A stretch of 64,000 nt of DNA from Escherichia coli (GTDB lineage Bacteria; Pseudomonadota; Gammaproteobacteria; Enterobacterales; Enterobacteriaceae). The DNA is taken from the NCBI RefSeq assembly GCF_030013595.1, contig NZ_CP122768.1. One strand, given 5' to 3'. Made by a program: the position numbers and the translations under genes. Within the stretch, counting starts at the first letter, position 1; every line of letters starts with the position of its first letter. Below the pieces are notes generated by a model. That model ran no database searches, was not told the origin of the DNA, and saw nothing but the letters and a program-made list of their open reading frames with translations. Below are positions 1 through 12,432 of this stretch, piece by piece.

Positions 1-615
1 CGGCGCAAGCTGGCGCGAGAACAGGCCCATATAGGCGCACTCTTCCAGCACTACGGCATTATGCACCGCATCGGCGGCGTTTTTACCCCAGGCGAACGGG
101 CCGTGAGAATGCACCAGTACCGCCGGGATTTGCGCCGGACTCCTGCCGCGTTCTTCGAAAGTTTCAATGATCACTTCGCCGGTCTGGTATTCATACTCGC
201 CGTTGATCTCCTCTGCGGTCATCAGGCGCGTGCAGGGGATGGCACCATAGAAATAATCAGCGTGCGTGGTGCCCCAGGCGGGGAGATCCAGCCCGGCCTG
301 CGACCAGATGGTGGCGTGGCGCGAGTGGGTATGCACAATGCCACCGATTTCGGCATAGCGACGGTAAAGCGCCAGATGCGTTGGCGTATCGGACGAGGGC
401 TTTTTGCTACCTTCCACCACCTTGCCGCTGGCTATCTCAACCACCACCATATCGTCGGCGGTCATCACGTCGTACTCGACGCCGGAAGGTTTGATTACCA
501 TCCATTGCCGCGTTTCGTCTACCGCGCTGACATTGCCCCAGGTGAACGTCACCAGATGGTGAGCGGGAAGTGCCAGATTTGCCGCCAGCACGTCGGCTTT
601 CAGTTGCTCTAACAT
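1..615 (-). CDS. sgbE: L-ribulose-5-phosphate 4-epimerase, 5' portion only (gene runs off the window start)
   Basis: Minus-strand translation from the ATG near 615 reads [30 protein letters not shown]...; the listed + ORF 61..612 is its antisense shadow. Confidence 0.85.
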   Translation of the reverse strand, partial: MLEQLKADVLAANLALPAHHLVTFTWGNVSAVDETRQWMVIKPSGVEYDVMTADDMVVVEIASGKVVEGSKKPSSDTPTHLALYRRYAEIGGIVHTHSRHATIWSQAGLDLPAWGTTHADYFYGAIPCTRLMTAEEINGEYEYQTGEVIIETFEERGRSPAQIPAVLVHSHGPFAWGKNAADAVHNAVVLEECAYMGLFSRQLAP

Positions 616-1469
616 ATAAATCCAGCCTCCTGCATACGCGCTTCAATCCAGCGCCGCGCCTGAATAATCTCCAGCACCGGCTCTTTGGCTTTTTCGGTCC
701 ACATCTCAATCAGGAAAGAACCGCGATAGTTCAGTTCATGCAGCGTTTTGAAGATGCCAACGAAATCGACGCAGCCTTCGCCAAACGGCACATCACGGAA
801 CTGTCCGGGACTTTGCCCGGTGACTGGCAGGGTGTCTTTCAGATGGATTGCGGCAATACGGTCAATGCCCAGTTTCAGTTCGGCGGGAACATCATTGCCC
901 CAGGCGCTGAGGTTGCCGACGTCCGGGTAGACGGTGAACCACGGCGAGGCGAGCATCTCGTCCCACTTTTTCCATTTGCTGATGGAGTTCATAAACGCGG
1001 TATCCATAATCTCCACCGCCAGCATTACTTGTGATGCCGCCGCCTGTTCGACCGCCCACGCCAGCCCTTCAGCAAAACGTTGCTGGGTGCCTTCGTCGTG
1101 GTCTTCGTAATAGACGTCGTAACCTGCCAGTTGAATGGTGCGAATGCCGAGATCGCGCGCCAGGCGAATCGCTTTACTCATGATTTCCCGCGCCCGTTCG
1201 CGCACCGCCTTGTCCCGGCTGCCAAAGGGAAAGCGACGATGTGCGGACAGGCACATTGACGGAATGGCAACACCCGTTTCGATCATCGCGGCAACCAGCG
1301 AAGTCCTTTGTGTGGCGCTCCAGTCAAGGCGTGACAGACGCTCGTCAGTTTCATCCACCGACATTTCGACAAAATCAAAGCCGCAGCTTTTTGCCAGCAC
1401 CAGCCGCTCCGGCCAGGAGAGATCTTTCGCCAGCGCTTTTTCATAAATGCCTAACGGATGATTACGCAC
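609..1469 (-). CDS. sgbU: L-xylulose-5-phosphate 3-epimerase
   Basis: ORF 609..1559 trimmed to the GTG giving [13 protein letters not shown]... (286 aa), preceded by a GGGGAGG ribosome-binding site. Confidence 0.9.
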   Translation of the reverse strand: MRNHPLGIYEKALAKDLSWPERLVLAKSCGFDFVEMSVDETDERLSRLDWSATQRTSLVAAMIETGVAIPSMCLSAHRRFPFGSRDKAVRERAREIMSKAIRLARDLGIRTIQLAGYDVYYEDHDEGTQQRFAEGLAWAVEQAAASQVMLAVEIMDTAFMNSISKWKKWDEMLASPWFTVYPDVGNLSAWGNDVPAELKLGIDRIAAIHLKDTLPVTGQSPGQFRDVPFGEGCVDFVGIFKTLHELNYRGSFLIEMWTEKAKEPVLEIIQARRWIEARMQEAGFIC

Positions 1470-2124
1470 GCGCGCCTCCCCAGATGGCATCAATTTGCGC
1501 ATGGAAATCGCCAGCCACCTGCGCCGGATTTGCTGCGCCTGCCAGCGCCCGCCCGGCAATAAACGCTTTCACGCGGATATCTTTAAACAGCGGCAGGTCA
1601 GCAGGGGTAATCCCGCCGGTAATGGAAAGCTCAAGGCCGATATCGGAAAGTGCCTTCATGCGTGCCAGATCGGCTTCGCCCCACTGTTGCCCGCTGGCCT
1701 GTGCATCACGACCACGATGATAAATGGCCTGCCGCACGCCAATACGATGCCAGTCGCGGGCGTCGTCCAGCGTCCAGTTACCGAACAACTCGATCTGAAT
1801 TTCACCACCGCAGCGTTGCGCCATCGCGTGGCCTTTTTCCACCGTCGCGAGCGGCGCGGCGCAGATGATGGTCATCCAGTTGGCACCCGCGCCAAACGCC
1901 TGTTGCGCGAGCGTTTCACCAGCGTCGGCGACCTTCCAGTCAGCAACGATGATTTTGTCCGGGCATTGTTCGCGTAAGGCTTTCACCGCGCCAAGCCCTT
2001 CGTTTAAACAGAGAATGGTGCCTGCTTCGACGATATCGACGCTGTTTTTTAACAGCGTAACGTCGCGCTGTGCGTCTTCAAGTGATGAGTGGTCGAGGGC
2101 CAGTTGCAGAAGTGGTCGGCTCAT
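1462..2124 (-). CDS. sgbH: 3-keto-L-gulonate-6-phosphate decarboxylase
   Basis: 220-aa [22 protein letters not shown]..., OMP-decarboxylase-like; overlaps sgbU start by 8 nt. Confidence 0.9.
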   Translation of the reverse strand: MSRPLLQLALDHSSLEDAQRDVTLLKNSVDIVEAGTILCLNEGLGAVKALREQCPDKIIVADWKVADAGETLAQQAFGAGANWMTIICAAPLATVEKGHAMAQRCGGEIQIELFGNWTLDDARDWHRIGVRQAIYHRGRDAQASGQQWGEADLARMKALSDIGLELSITGGITPADLPLFKDIRVKAFIAGRALAGAANPAQVAGDFHAQIDAIWGGARA

Positions 2125-3617
2125 AATGTGTGCTCCTTGATGCGGGCGTGAAAGCCCTGAAGTGCGGCAATGAGATGCTGATAGCGTTGGTATTTTTGTT
2201 GGTAAAGCTGATGGGCGGTCATATCCGGCAGCAGGGTGCGTACCGGGTGCTGTAAATCACGTTGGGCTTCGCTGAAATCGCGATAAACTCCGGTGCCGAC
2301 GCGGGCGGCAAGTGCCGCACCAAAGCAGCCGGTTTCTTCCACCTGCGGCAGCTCGATACGCAGACCGCTGACGTCCGCCAGCATTTGCATCCAGACATCG
2401 GAATGCGCCGGGCCGCCAGTGACGCGCAGGGTGTGCACATCAGTAAAACGTTCGCGCATCCGGTTGAGATGGGTCATATGGCTGAACACCACGCCTTCAT
2501 AAATGGCCTGCAACAGGTGTGCGCGGGTGTGAATGGCCTGCATCCCGTAGAAACCGCTGGTCATCTCGAGTCCGGCGTTGCTGCCGTACAGGAACGGCAG
2601 GAAAAAGAGATCGCCCCCGGCCTTTGGCAAGCTGGCAACGGCCTGGTTAATCTCATCAAACGAGATTTCTCCCCACTGTGCGGTAAACCATTCGAGGTTG
2701 CCGGAAGAGGTGGGGCTGGCTTCGTGAACGATAAATTGACCATCGTTAACGTAGCGACCATAGACATACGGATGCGCTTCACCGTCACGTAAACCACGGG
2801 TTATGCCGCTGGTCACCGCCCAGGTGCCCATCACCGCATTAAGGGTAAATTCGTCTTCGATCCCGGCACAGAGTGCGGTGGAAACCACATCAAACAGGCC
2901 GCCGACAATGGGCGTACCCGCTTTCAGACCGGTCAGTGCGGCTGTCTGAGCGGTGATTTCCCCGCAGATTTCGGCAGATCCGACAACAGGCGGCAGGGCG
3001 TGGTTGATTTCAGCGATCCCCAGCCAGTCGGTGAGACACGGGTCATATTTCCCGCGACTCATGTTGTAGAGGTTGGACTCGGAAATATTGCTCTCTTCAC
3101 AGCCTTTGACGCCGGTTAAACACCAGCGCAGATAGTCGTGCGTCATCATTACGCAGCCAATTTGCGCGTAGCGTTCCGGTTCGTGCTCTTTCAGCCAGCG
3201 TAACAGCGACACCGGATGCCCGGTCCACAAGGTTTGTCGGGTCAGCGGGTAGAGTTTTTCCGGGATGCCATCTTCCTGCCAGCGACGAACGATTTCCATC
3301 GCCCGGCGATCCGAGGACAAAATGGCGTTACCGAGCGGCTTGTCGTTTTTATCCAGCAAAAACAAGCCCTTTCCCTGTGCGGAGATACCGACACCGACAA
3401 TTTGTTCCCCGCTAACACCAGAATGAGTAAGCAGGGCGCGAATGACAGCCATGCAGCATTGCCACAGTTCTGCCATATCGCGCTCTGCCCAGCCTGGCTG
3501 CGGGCTTAATGCGCACAGCGGCAGGCGCTGCACGCCTGCCTCCCGGCCTTCGCGGTCATACAGCCCGGCTTTCAGCCAGCTACCGCCACAATCTAACCCC
3601 AGCCAGTATTGCGTCAT
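2121..3617 (-). CDS. lyxK: L-xylulose kinase (FGGY family)
   Basis: 498-aa ORF MTQYWLGLDCGGSWLKAGLYD...; 4-nt overlap with sgbH. Confidence 0.9.
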   Translation of the reverse strand: MTQYWLGLDCGGSWLKAGLYDREGREAGVQRLPLCALSPQPGWAERDMAELWQCCMAVIRALLTHSGVSGEQIVGVGISAQGKGLFLLDKNDKPLGNAILSSDRRAMEIVRRWQEDGIPEKLYPLTRQTLWTGHPVSLLRWLKEHEPERYAQIGCVMMTHDYLRWCLTGVKGCEESNISESNLYNMSRGKYDPCLTDWLGIAEINHALPPVVGSAEICGEITAQTAALTGLKAGTPIVGGLFDVVSTALCAGIEDEFTLNAVMGTWAVTSGITRGLRDGEAHPYVYGRYVNDGQFIVHEASPTSSGNLEWFTAQWGEISFDEINQAVASLPKAGGDLFFLPFLYGSNAGLEMTSGFYGMQAIHTRAHLLQAIYEGVVFSHMTHLNRMRERFTDVHTLRVTGGPAHSDVWMQMLADVSGLRIELPQVEETGCFGAALAARVGTGVYRDFSEAQRDLQHPVRTLLPDMTAHQLYQQKYQRYQHLIAALQGFHARIKEHTL

Positions 3618-3620
3618 GGT

Positions 3621-4607
3621 TTATTGCACCTCATCCACGGCTTTCAGCAGATCAGCACCCTGCGGAACATCTTTAACAAACATGTCGCGAACCTGATTCC
3701 CCAGTGCGTCGCTAAAGGCTTTGCGGTCGAGATCGGTGATGACTTCCACGCCCGCTTCTTTCATGCCGTCGATGATTTTTTGCTGATCTTCGGCAACCAG
3801 TTTGCGCTGGTAGTTACCCGCTTCCTGCGCAGATGAGATCAGCGCCTGCTGGAACTCCGGGGTTAAGCCGTCAAACTTCGCTTTGTTGATCACCACCAGA
3901 AGCGGGGAATAGGCGTGATGGGTCAGAGAAAGGTATTTCTGCACTTCGAAAAATTTTGCTGACCAGACGACGTTGATAGGGTGTTCCTGAGCGTCGATAG
4001 TGCGGGTTTCCAGCCCGGTATAGACTTCGGCAAACGGCATCGGAATCGGGTTAGCGCCAAAGACTTTGAATGCGGCGATATTCATCGGGCTATTGTTGGT
4101 GCGAATTTTCAGCCCTTTCAGGTCGGCGGGGGTTTTAACCGGTGCGCGCGAGTTGGTGACATCGCGCCAGCCGTTTTCCCAGTAAGCGAGCACTTTCAGA
4201 CCTTTACCTTCAAGGGAGACTTTCAGGTCATCACCGACTTTGCCGTCGAGCGTTTTATGCGCGTGGGCGGTATCGCGGAACAGGAAAGGGACATCAAGCA
4301 GGTTCATCACAGGTGACAATCCGGCAAAGTTATTCGAGCCGGACATTTCCATATCGATGGTGCCGCCACGCACGCCGCTGATCATCGCCTGCGCATTACC
4401 GAGGGTGCTATCCGGAAACAATTTTAATTTCAGTTCGCCTTTGGTTTTTTCCTGTAATAATTCATTGAATTTTTTCGCCGCAATATGTTGCGAGTCGGTT
4501 TGTGATGTTTCATAACCGAAACGTAAAGATTGTGCCGCCAGAGAAGATGTGCTGAACGCCGCCACTCCGGCAATTAATAATGCGTAGGTTACAGAGCGTA
4601 ATTTCAT
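3621..4607 (-). CDS. yiaO: TRAP transporter periplasmic substrate-binding protein (2,3-diketo-L-gulonate)
   Basis: 328-aa ORF with signal peptide MKLRSVTYALLIAGVAAFSTSSLA. Confidence 0.9.
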   Translation of the reverse strand: MKLRSVTYALLIAGVAAFSTSSLAAQSLRFGYETSQTDSQHIAAKKFNELLQEKTKGELKLKLFPDSTLGNAQAMISGVRGGTIDMEMSGSNNFAGLSPVMNLLDVPFLFRDTAHAHKTLDGKVGDDLKVSLEGKGLKVLAYWENGWRDVTNSRAPVKTPADLKGLKIRTNNSPMNIAAFKVFGANPIPMPFAEVYTGLETRTIDAQEHPINVVWSAKFFEVQKYLSLTHHAYSPLLVVINKAKFDGLTPEFQQALISSAQEAGNYQRKLVAEDQQKIIDGMKEAGVEVITDLDRKAFSDALGNQVRDMFVKDVPQGADLLKAVDEVQ

Positions 4608-4619
4608 GATATTTTCCTT

Positions 4620-5897
4620 TTAGTTAATCCATTTCAGAGGAGCGGTGATGAGTTCCGGAATAAATATAAAAACAACCAATAGTGAATATAAAACCAGTAC
4701 GTAAGGGAAAACGCCTCTTACCGCATCATCAAATTTCAGTTTCGCCACACCGGAAATAACATTAAGGACATTGCCGATGGGCGGTGTAATTAATCCTATG
4801 GAACAGTTAATGATAAACATGACACCGAAATAAATCGGATCGATTCCTGCCTCTTTAACTAAAGGCATTAATACCGGGGTAAGAATTAATACCGTCGGCG
4901 TTAAATCCATGACCATGCCGACAATCAGGATAGCCACCATAATGACGATAAACAGCAGACGCGGTGAATCGACCAGCGGTTGCAGTAAATCAGAAACCAT
5001 CATCGGCAGTTCAGCAATGGTGATCAGCCAGGCGGAAACTTGTGCCGAGGCCACCAGAAACATCACCACTGAGGTCGTTTTCGCTGCGCCAATGAGCACA
5101 TGCCAAAGTGTGGCGAAGGTCATTTCACGGTAAATAACTGTGGCGACAAACAGCGCATAGAAAGCAGCAACGGCCCCGGCTTCGGTAGGGGTAAACAGAC
5201 CGGAGCGAAACCCGCCAATAATGATGACTGGAAGAAACAGCGCCCAGATACCGGAGACAAAAGAGTGCCAGATTTCCTGCATCGTTGCTTTTTGCTGGCG
5301 GGGTAAATTAAGGCGACTGGCCTGCCACCACCAGGTAAGCATCAGCGTTGCGCCCATCATCATGCCAGGGGCAATGCCCGCCATAAACAGCTTACTGATG
5401 GATAATCCGCTGGAAACGCCGAAAATAATAAACGGAATGGAAGGGGGAATAATTGGCGCGATAATCCCGCCAGAGGCAATCAACCCCGCAGCCCGGTTGA
5501 CCGGGTAGTTAGCGCTGCGCATCATCGGCACCAGTAACGCGGCAACGGCGGCGGTATCTGCAACAGCAGAACCAGAAAGGCTCGCCATAATCATTGCCGC
5601 CAGCACGCCGACGTAGCCCAGCCCGCCAGGTTTATGCCCCACCAGTTTCATCGGCAGGTCAACAATGCGTTTCGACAAGCCGCCCGCATTCATGATTTCA
5701 CCCGCCAGCACAAAGAACGGTATCGCCAGCAGGGAGAAACTGTCGGCTCCGTTCACCAGCGTTTGTGCCATGATCTGGACATCAAACATCTCCAGCCAGA
5801 ACATTAACGCTGCGCCACATAACAACAGTGCCCAGGCAATAGGCAAACCGATAGCAATACCACCCAACAGACAGCCCAGAAAAATCAGCACAGCCAT
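4620..5897 (-). CDS. yiaN: TRAP transporter large permease subunit
   Basis: 425-aa highly hydrophobic ORF, DctM-like. Confidence 0.9.
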   Translation of the reverse strand: MAVLIFLGCLLGGIAIGLPIAWALLLCGAALMFWLEMFDVQIMAQTLVNGADSFSLLAIPFFVLAGEIMNAGGLSKRIVDLPMKLVGHKPGGLGYVGVLAAMIMASLSGSAVADTAAVAALLVPMMRSANYPVNRAAGLIASGGIIAPIIPPSIPFIIFGVSSGLSISKLFMAGIAPGMMMGATLMLTWWWQASRLNLPRQQKATMQEIWHSFVSGIWALFLPVIIIGGFRSGLFTPTEAGAVAAFYALFVATVIYREMTFATLWHVLIGAAKTTSVVMFLVASAQVSAWLITIAELPMMVSDLLQPLVDSPRLLFIVIMVAILIVGMVMDLTPTVLILTPVLMPLVKEAGIDPIYFGVMFIINCSIGLITPPIGNVLNVISGVAKLKFDDAVRGVFPYVLVLYSLLVVFIFIPELITAPLKWIN

Positions 5898-5899
5898 GA

Positions 5900-6373
5900 T
5901 TAAGCTCCTTGCGGTGGCGACGTTAGAGAATTGCTACGCGTGATGAGTTGATATAAATGACGCAGTTCAAAGAATGCGATAACGAGGCTGGTGGGCAGAC
6001 AAGCGGCATACATCAGGCCGATGGGCAAACCGAGGATCGGTGAATAATCGCTCCAGTCCTGAATTGTTTTTAGCGTTGCGCCCCAGGCCAGTGCGCCACA
6101 AATAAATAAGATTAAGGAATGGGTAACCAGAGCGACTCGTCGCTGCCATGCGGGGGAGAGTTTCTCCACCAGAAAGGTGACCTGAACGTGGGCGTTATCC
6201 ATAAAAGCCACAATCGCGCCAATAAATGTTAACCAGACAAATAAATAACGTGACAATTCATCTACAGATAAAATGCTTGTCTTAAAACCATATCTTAAAA
6301 TAATGTTTATAAACACAATACAGGAAAGTACGGCGAGATTAATCGCCAGTATTGCTTCAAGTATTTTTTTCAT
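5900..6373 (-). CDS. yiaM: TRAP transporter small permease subunit
   Basis: 157-aa membrane ORF immediately upstream of yiaN. Confidence 0.85.
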   Translation of the reverse strand: MKKILEAILAINLAVLSCIVFINIILRYGFKTSILSVDELSRYLFVWLTFIGAIVAFMDNAHVQVTFLVEKLSPAWQRRVALVTHSLILFICGALAWGATLKTIQDWSDYSPILGLPIGLMYAACLPTSLVIAFFELRHLYQLITRSNSLTSPPQGA

Positions 6374-6490
6374 AGCTATTCCTTGAGGCTATGTTTGACA
6401 TAATTCAAGTTGCATGTGCAGCAACCTAAATTATTAATATAGTTAGAGCAATAACATTACCCAGGCGTTCTGGCGTAGACGATTATTCGA

Positions 6491-6961
<471 letters not shown>

Positions 6962-6969
6962 TTATCTCC

Positions 6970-7968
6970 TCATAACGCCTGGATTTTGGCCCACACGCTG
7001 TCATCAACGGTGATGCCGTTACGGCGGTTTTCGGCCAGCAGGGTAGTAAATTCGTGGCCGGGTAAGCGGATGGCCTGGTTTTCGTCAGCGCGTTCAGCGG
7101 TAGTAACGTAATCCATGATGCGTTGCAGCTTGGCATCGCGGGTGGGGCCGTCGATCAATTTATCCACTTCGATGGCGATAAAGATTTGCGAAACGCCGTA
7201 TTCGTCGCTGTTGTCCTGGGTGACTTCGGCAACCGATGCGCCGTCGGAAAGGAGAGTGGCGATCATATCCAGCACAATCGACATGCCAGAACCTTTCCAG
7301 TAGCCCATCGGTAAAATGCGGCGATTCTTCTCGATAACGCCAGGTTCTTTGGTCAAATTGCCCTCATCATCAAAGCCACCATCGACCGGGAGCTGACGGC
7401 CTGCCAGACGGTTAACTTCTAACATGCCGTAAGAGAACATCGACATCGACATATCGACCATGGTGATTGGGGTAGAAGGAATGGCGACGATCAGCGGGTT
7501 GGTGCCGATGCGACACTCTTTTGCGCCCCACGGCGGCATTACGGCGATGGAGTTGGTCCAGCAAATGCCAATATAGCCTTTTTCCGCCGCCTGCCAGCCG
7601 TAGCTGCCGCCGCGCATCCAGTGGTTGGCATTACGTAGTGCCACCAGACCAATACCATGATCGGCAGCCAGTTCGATGGCGCGATCCATCATCTTTTTCG
7701 CTGTCAGGTTACCGATCGAACGCTGGGCGTCCCACTGTTCAATTGCGCCGAGGCTGGTTATACGTTTGGGTTGGGCATCAGGAATGATATCGCCGTTTTC
7801 CAGTTGTTGAATGAAACGAGGGAAACGGTTGACGCCGTGAGAATAAACGCCGGATTCGGTGGTGCGGGCGAACATCTCGGCACAGGCATCAGCCGTTTCG
7901 CTGTCAACGCCGCGTGAAATTAAGACTCGATTAAAGGCTGCTTTTAACTGCTCAAATGTCACTTTCAT
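6970..7968 (-). CDS. yiaK: 2,3-diketo-L-gulonate reductase
   Basis: 332-aa [29 protein letters not shown]...; first gene of the operon. Confidence 0.9.
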   Translation of the reverse strand: MKVTFEQLKAAFNRVLISRGVDSETADACAEMFARTTESGVYSHGVNRFPRFIQQLENGDIIPDAQPKRITSLGAIEQWDAQRSIGNLTAKKMMDRAIELAADHGIGLVALRNANHWMRGGSYGWQAAEKGYIGICWTNSIAVMPPWGAKECRIGTNPLIVAIPSTPITMVDMSMSMFSYGMLEVNRLAGRQLPVDGGFDDEGNLTKEPGVIEKNRRILPMGYWKGSGMSIVLDMIATLLSDGASVAEVTQDNSDEYGVSQIFIAIEVDKLIDGPTRDAKLQRIMDYVTTAERADENQAIRLPGHEFTTLLAENRRNGITVDDSVWAKIQAL

Positions 7969-8168
7969 CCCTGGCTTCCTTGTTTTTTTGATCGCTTTTT
8001 TGGCTTAAAATTTCAATATACGAAATCTGATTTCAAATATATCGATCGCTTTTTAACAAAGCAATCTGATTGATGAATTTCAAAAAACTTAAAAATCAAT
8101 TGGTTATAAATTATCTGTCGAGATCGTGAACTACGACACACTTTGCGCTACCATCAGGACGCGACAAA
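7969..8168. promoter_or_regulatory. yiaK / yiaJ divergent control region with AT-rich direct repeats
   Basis: 200-bp AT-rich spacer between divergent starts; repeated ATTTCAA(A)TATA-like motifs near 8009-8042 and 8076-8087. Confidence 0.4.
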
Positions 8169-9017
8169 ATGGGGAAAGAAGTGATGGGAAAAAAAGAGAA
8201 CGAGATGGCGCAGGAAAAAGAGCGTCCAGCCGGAAGCCAGAGTCTGTTTCGCGGGTTGATGCTGATTGAGATTTTGAGCAATTATCCAAACGGTTGTCCG
8301 TTGGCGCATCTTTCGGAACTGGCTGGTTTAAATAAGAGTACCGTCCATCGCTTATTGCAGGGATTACAGTCCTGCGGCTATGTGACCACCGCGCCCGCCG
8401 CAGGGAGTTACCGCCTGACTACCAAATTTATTGCCGTCGGGCAGAAGGCGCTGTCTTCGCTGAATATCATTCATATCGCCGCTCCGCATCTTGAGGCACT
8501 GAACATCGCCACTGGTGAAACCATTAACTTTTCCAGCCGCGAAGACGATCACGCTATTTTGATTTATAAGCTGGAACCCACAACCGGGATGCTGCGAACC
8601 CGTGCCTATATAGGCCAGCATATGCCGCTCTACTGTTCCGCAATGGGCAAGATCTACATGGCGTTTGGTCACCCGGACTATGTGAAGTCATACTGGAAAA
8701 GCCATCAGCATGAGATCCAGCCGTTAACCCGCAATACCATTACCGAGCTGCCCGCGATGTTCGACGAACTGACGCACATTCGTGAAAGTGGAGCGGCGAT
8801 GGACAGAGAAGAAAACGAACTCGGCGTCTCCTGTATTGCTGTTCCGGTGTTTGATATTCATGGGCGGGTGCCGTACGCCGTGTCGATTTCTCTTTCGACA
8901 TCACGTCTGAAACAGGTGGGGGAGAAAAATCTCCTGAAACCACTGCGTGAAACCGCGCAGGCTATTTCTAATGAACTGGGATTTACTGTCAGGGACGACC
9001 AGGGCGCGATCACATAA
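8169..9017 (+). CDS. yiaJ: IclR-family transcriptional repressor of the yiaK-S operon
   Basis: 282-aa ORF with N-terminal HTH (LSELAGLNKSTVHRLLQGL). Confidence 0.9.
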   Translation: MGKEVMGKKENEMAQEKERPAGSQSLFRGLMLIEILSNYPNGCPLAHLSELAGLNKSTVHRLLQGLQSCGYVTTAPAAGSYRLTTKFIAVGQKALSSLNIIHIAAPHLEALNIATGETINFSSREDDHAILIYKLEPTTGMLRTRAYIGQHMPLYCSAMGKIYMAFGHPDYVKSYWKSHQHEIQPLTRNTITELPAMFDELTHIRESGAAMDREENELGVSCIAVPVFDIHGRVPYAVSISLSTSRLKQVGEKNLLKPLRETAQAISNELGFTVRDDQGAIT

Positions 9018-9118
9018 CGCTTTGGACAAGTGCCAAAACTTTAACATTTCCTTCGTTGGATCAAAGCAGTAGAGACGCGCTCTCTGGCACTCTGCTGTTT
9101 TAGTGCAAAGGAGTGATC

Positions 9119-9592
9119 ATGAACCGGTTTATTATTGCGGATGCGACGAAATGTATCGGTTGCCGTACCTGTGAAGTGGCTTGCGCAGTGTCGCATCAGG
9201 AGAATCAGGATTGCGCTGCGTTGTCACCAGACGAGTTTATTTCCCGTATTCGTGTCATTAAAGACCACACATGGACCACGGCTGTAGCCTGCCATCAGTG
9301 TGAAGATGCACCGTGCGCGAATGTCTGCCCTGTTGACGCGATAAGCCGCGAACATGGGCATATTTTCGTTGAACAATCACGTTGCATTGGCTGTAAAAGC
9401 TGTATGCTGGCTTGCCCGTTTGGTGCGATGGAGGTCGTTTCTTCGCGCAAAAAGGCGAGGGCGATTAAGTGCGATCTGTGCTGGCATCGGGCGACGGGAC
9501 CGGCCTGTGTTGAAGCCTGCCCGACAAAGGCGTTGCAGTGCATGGATGTCGAGAAAGTGCAGCGGCATCGGCTACGGCAGCAGCCTGTTTGA
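9119..9592 (+). CDS. ysaA: 4Fe-4S ferredoxin-type protein
   Basis: ORF 9113..9592 trimmed to MNRFIIADATKCIGCRTCEVAC...; several CxxCxxC clusters. Confidence 0.85.
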   Translation: MNRFIIADATKCIGCRTCEVACAVSHQENQDCAALSPDEFISRIRVIKDHTWTTAVACHQCEDAPCANVCPVDAISREHGHIFVEQSRCIGCKSCMLACPFGAMEVVSSRKKARAIKCDLCWHRATGPACVEACPTKALQCMDVEKVQRHRLRQQPV

Positions 9593-9708
9593 AACGTTTT
9601 TCCGGCGTTTCTCAACGCAGGGATAGTGCGCTTTGTTTATGCCGGATGCGGCTAAAATGAACTGCACCCCAAATGTTGGACATAATCTGACATCTGAAGG
9701 TGCAGTTT

Positions 9709-10230
9709 ATGAAACATTCATTTGAAGTAAAACTTGCCGCTGTAAATCATTACCTGGCTGGTCATGCAGGCATCATTTCTACGGCAAAACTCTTTCAACT
9801 TTCTCACACCAGCCTCTCACACTGGATTAATCTTTTTCTTCTTCACGGTCCTCGTGCACTGGATTGCAGACACAAGCGTAGCTATTCTCCTGAAGATAAA
9901 CTTTGCGTGGTTCTTTATGCTCTCGGGCATTCTGAGTCTCTACCCCGGGTAGCTGCCCGGTTTAACATTCCCAGCCACAACACGGTTAAAAACTGGATAA
10001 AAGGCTACCGCAAATCTGGTAATGAGGCCTTTATCAGGCGCAGGAAGGAGAAAAGCATGACCCGTTCTGATGATACCCATGAAAACGAGGCAAACATGAC
10101 GCCGGAAGAGATGAAGAATGAGCTGCGTTATCTTCGCGCAGAAAATGCATATCTGAAAGCCATGCAGGAGCATCTCCTGGAAAAAAAGCGCCAGGAGCTG
10201 GAGAAAAAACGAAAGTCATCCGGAGCCTGA
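9709..10230 (+). CDS. insJ: IS150 OrfA (HTH DNA-binding protein)
   Basis: 173-aa ORF MKHSFEVKLAAVNHYLAGHAGIISTAKLF... ending in a leucine-zipper-like region. Confidence 0.85.
   Translation: MKHSFEVKLAAVNHYLAGHAGIISTAKLFQLSHTSLSHWINLFLLHGPRALDCRHKRSYSPEDKLCVVLYALGHSESLPRVAARFNIPSHNTVKNWIKGYRKSGNEAFIRRRKEKSMTRSDDTHENEANMTPEEMKNELRYLRAENAYLKAMQEHLLEKKRQELEKKRKSSGA
10183..10189 (+). promoter_or_regulatory. Programmed -1 ribosomal frameshift heptamer A AAA AAG
   Basis: Slippery A AAA AAG motif in the orfA frame (LEKKRQ) just before the orfA stop; the -1 frame continues into orfB. Position +/- 2 nt. Confidence 0.6.
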
Positions 10231-10334
10231 GGTGCGGACACTGCCAGTCTGACCTGTTAAAGGCTGCAGGGCTGGCCAGAAGCACGCTGTACTACCAGCT
10301 GTCACTGCAGAAGGCTAAGGACAAGTATGCTGAT

Positions 10335-11089
<755 letters not shown>

Positions 11090-11172
11090 AAACGCCTTAT
11101 CCGGCCTACAAATTCTACCAAATTCAATATATTGCAGAAATCATGTAGGCCTGATAAGCGTAGCGCATCAGG
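11090..11172. repeat. REP elements (BIME-like); the first REP is split by the IS insertion
   Basis: GCCGGATGCGGC (9640-9652) on the left flank and CGCCTTATCCGGCCTAC (11093-11109) on the right rejoin into a consensus-length REP; a second REP GTAGGCCTGATAAGCGTAGCGCATCAGGC lies at about 11143-11171. Confidence 0.6.
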
Positions 11173-11178
11173 CAATTT

Positions 11179-12432
11179 TTAGTGACTTTCAGCCCAGGCT
11201 CTTTCTATCTCTTCTGCCAGAATCTTCACTCCCGCCTCAATTTTCTCCGGCTCCGGCACGTAGTTCATGCGCATACATTGATGTGTATGTGGCCACGGTT
11301 TATCCAGCCCTGGGAAGAAGTTGTGCCCCGGCACCATCAGCACGCCCCGTGCTTTCAGGCGCTGGTAGAGCTGCTCGGTCGTAATTGGCAAATCCTTAAA
11401 CCATAGCCAGAGGAAAATGGCTCCTTCCGGTTTATGAATCAGGCAGCGATCTTCCGGTAAATAGCGGCGAATGATGGCGATAGTTTCCTGAACACGCTGG
11501 TAGTAAAACGGTTTGATGACTGTTTCAGACAGGCGCAGCAGATCGTTACGCTTAATCATTTCACTCATCATCGCCGGACCAATACCGCCAGGTGCCAGGC
11601 TGATAATGCCGTTCATATTGGTGATGGCGGTGATGATTTTTTCATTGGCGATGATAATGCCGCAGCGGGAGCCTGGTAGACCCAGCTTGGAAAGACTCAT
11701 GCACAGCACGATATTCGGATTCCATAGCGGGCGCGCTTCGCTGAAGATGATACCCGGGAACGGGACGCCATAAGCGTTATCAATCACCAGCGGAATGCCG
11801 TGTTGATTCGCCAGCGCGTCAAGCTTCAGCAACTCTTCGTCAGTAATCACATTGCCTGTTGGATTCGTCGGCCGGGAGACGCAAATCATCCCGGTTTCTT
11901 CGCCAATATGCAGATGCTCAAAATCGACGTGGTATTTAAACTGGCCTTCCGGCAGCAGTTCAATATTCGGACGCGCAGAGACAAACAGATCTTCTTCCAG
12001 TCCGGCGTCAGCGTAGCCAATGTATTCCGGTGCCAGCGGGAACAGCACTTTTTTGACCCGACCATCGGCACGGCGTCCGGCAAACAGATTAAATAAGTAG
12101 AAAAACGCGCTCTGGCTGCCGTTTGTTAGTGCAATATTCTGTGGTTCGATATCCCAACCCAACTTCTCGCGCAGCATTCCGGCAAGCAGTGTGAGTAGCT
12201 CCGTTTTCCCCTGTGGACCGTCGTAATTGCACAGTGCATCAGTCGCTTTGCCACTTTCCAGCATGTCGGTCAGTAGCGTCTGGAAGTAGTCCTGCATTTC
12301 CGGGATCTGCGCTGGATTACCGCCGCCGAGCATAATCGCGCCAGGCGTGCGTAAACCGTCGTTCAGATCTTCCATCAGCAGCGTAATGCCGGAGTGGCGG
12401 GTAAATTTGTCACCAAAAAGGGAGAATGTCAT
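11179..12432 (-). CDS. avtA: Valine-pyruvate aminotransferase (transaminase C)
   Basis: ORF 11179..12537 trimmed to MTFSLFGDKFTRHSGITLLMEDL... (417 aa). Confidence 0.9.
   Translation of the reverse strand: MTFSLFGDKFTRHSGITLLMEDLNDGLRTPGAIMLGGGNPAQIPEMQDYFQTLLTDMLESGKATDALCNYDGPQGKTELLTLLAGMLREKLGWDIEPQNIALTNGSQSAFFYLFNLFAGRRADGRVKKVLFPLAPEYIGYADAGLEEDLFVSARPNIELLPEGQFKYHVDFEHLHIGEETGMICVSRPTNPTGNVITDEELLKLDALANQHGIPLVIDNAYGVPFPGIIFSEARPLWNPNIVLCMSLSKLGLPGSRCGIIIANEKIITAITNMNGIISLAPGGIGPAMMSEMIKRNDLLRLSETVIKPFYYQRVQETIAIIRRYLPEDRCLIHKPEGAIFLWLWFKDLPITTEQLYQRLKARGVLMVPGHNFFPGLDKPWPHTHQCMRMNYVPEPEKIEAGVKILAEEIERAWAESH

Noticed and set aside
61-612. 183-aa ORF on the plus strand at the window start
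   Set aside because: It is the antisense shadow of sgbE; the minus strand translates to a convincing L-ribulose-5-phosphate 4-epimerase N-terminus.
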